A stretch of 26,579 bases of DNA from positions 1-26,579 of IMG/VR virus record IMGVR_UViG_3300025731_000014; one strand, written 5' to 3'. The position numbers and the translations under genes are program-made. The notes below the pieces were generated by a model. It did not search any database, was not told where the DNA came from, and saw only the letters and a program-made list of their open reading frames with translations. This document shows positions 26,289 through 26,579 of the stretch, piece after piece (the first letter of the stretch is position 1; every line of letters starts with the position of its first letter). Origin of the DNA: a virus. Its lineage: Duplodnaviria > Caudoviricetes.

Positions 26289-26579
26289 ATGGAAATACAT
26301 GCCAGAATAAAACACATTATTGAGCTGTTAGATTTAAATAATAATTCGTTTGCTAAACGAATTGGAGTCACTAGTACCACCGTAGATAGTATTACCAACG
26401 GAAGACTACAGTCAGACGGAAATAGAAAACGCACTAAACCGGGTTTTGATTTATTAAATAATATTATTGCACAATGTAAAGTGAATTCAGAATACCTATT
26501 TGGTAACAGTGATATTGTGTTTGTAAACGAAAAATCAAATGTGCCTCATTTAGGAATGCCTAAGGTTATTACTGTAAAT
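26289..26579 (+). CDS. CI/XRE-type repressor, N-terminal part (3' end outside window)
   Basis: Not in the ORF track. MEIHARIKHIIELLDLNNNSFAKRIGVTSTTVDSITNGR...KPGFDLLNNII...VNSEYLFG is an XRE HTH, divergent from the tail cluster. Confidence 0.8.
   Translation, partial: MEIHARIKHIIELLDLNNNSFAKRIGVTSTTVDSITNGRLQSDGNRKRTKPGFDLLNNIIAQCKVNSEYLFGNSDIVFVNEKSNVPHLGMPKVITVN

Noticed and set aside
26210-26434. 74-aa minus-strand ORF in the track
   Set aside because: Antisense shadow of the plus-strand XRE repressor starting at 26289.
1-26579. Intact prophage
   Set aside because: No head, packaging, integration or replication genes lie between the repressor and the lysis cassette. They cannot be excluded outside the window.

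Overview
AT-rich, Flavobacteriaceae-like DNA (Bacteroidota-type TAnnTTTG promoters and REP-like elements). It holds an apparently complete, headless contractile phage-tail cluster on the minus strand, best read as a tailocin-like particle derived from a Bacteroidota myophage. From right to left: a divergent CI/XRE repressor (partial), a tail-completion-like gene, an uncalled 59-aa Mor-like HTH gene, sheath, tube, a tail assembly chaperone with a -1 frameshift signal, a short tape measure, tube initiator, hub, spike, baseplate wedge genes, three fibre-like genes (one ending in a Hint domain) and a holin/endolysin/spanin-like lysis cassette. No capsid, portal, terminase, integrase or replication gene is recognisable between the repressor and the lysis genes. 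Five minus-strand transcription units each carry the identical 12-mer TACTGAAACTAC at a fixed 45-46 nt offset from a -7 promoter box, which points to a dedicated regulon. The intergenic regions are rich in long hairpins. Between hub and spike lies a plus-strand cargo region of two cassettes with duplicated promoters and related terminators: a toxin-antitoxin-SecB chaperone (TAC) module and a secreted MORN-repeat protein. All family assignments come from motif recognition and gene order, not database searches.
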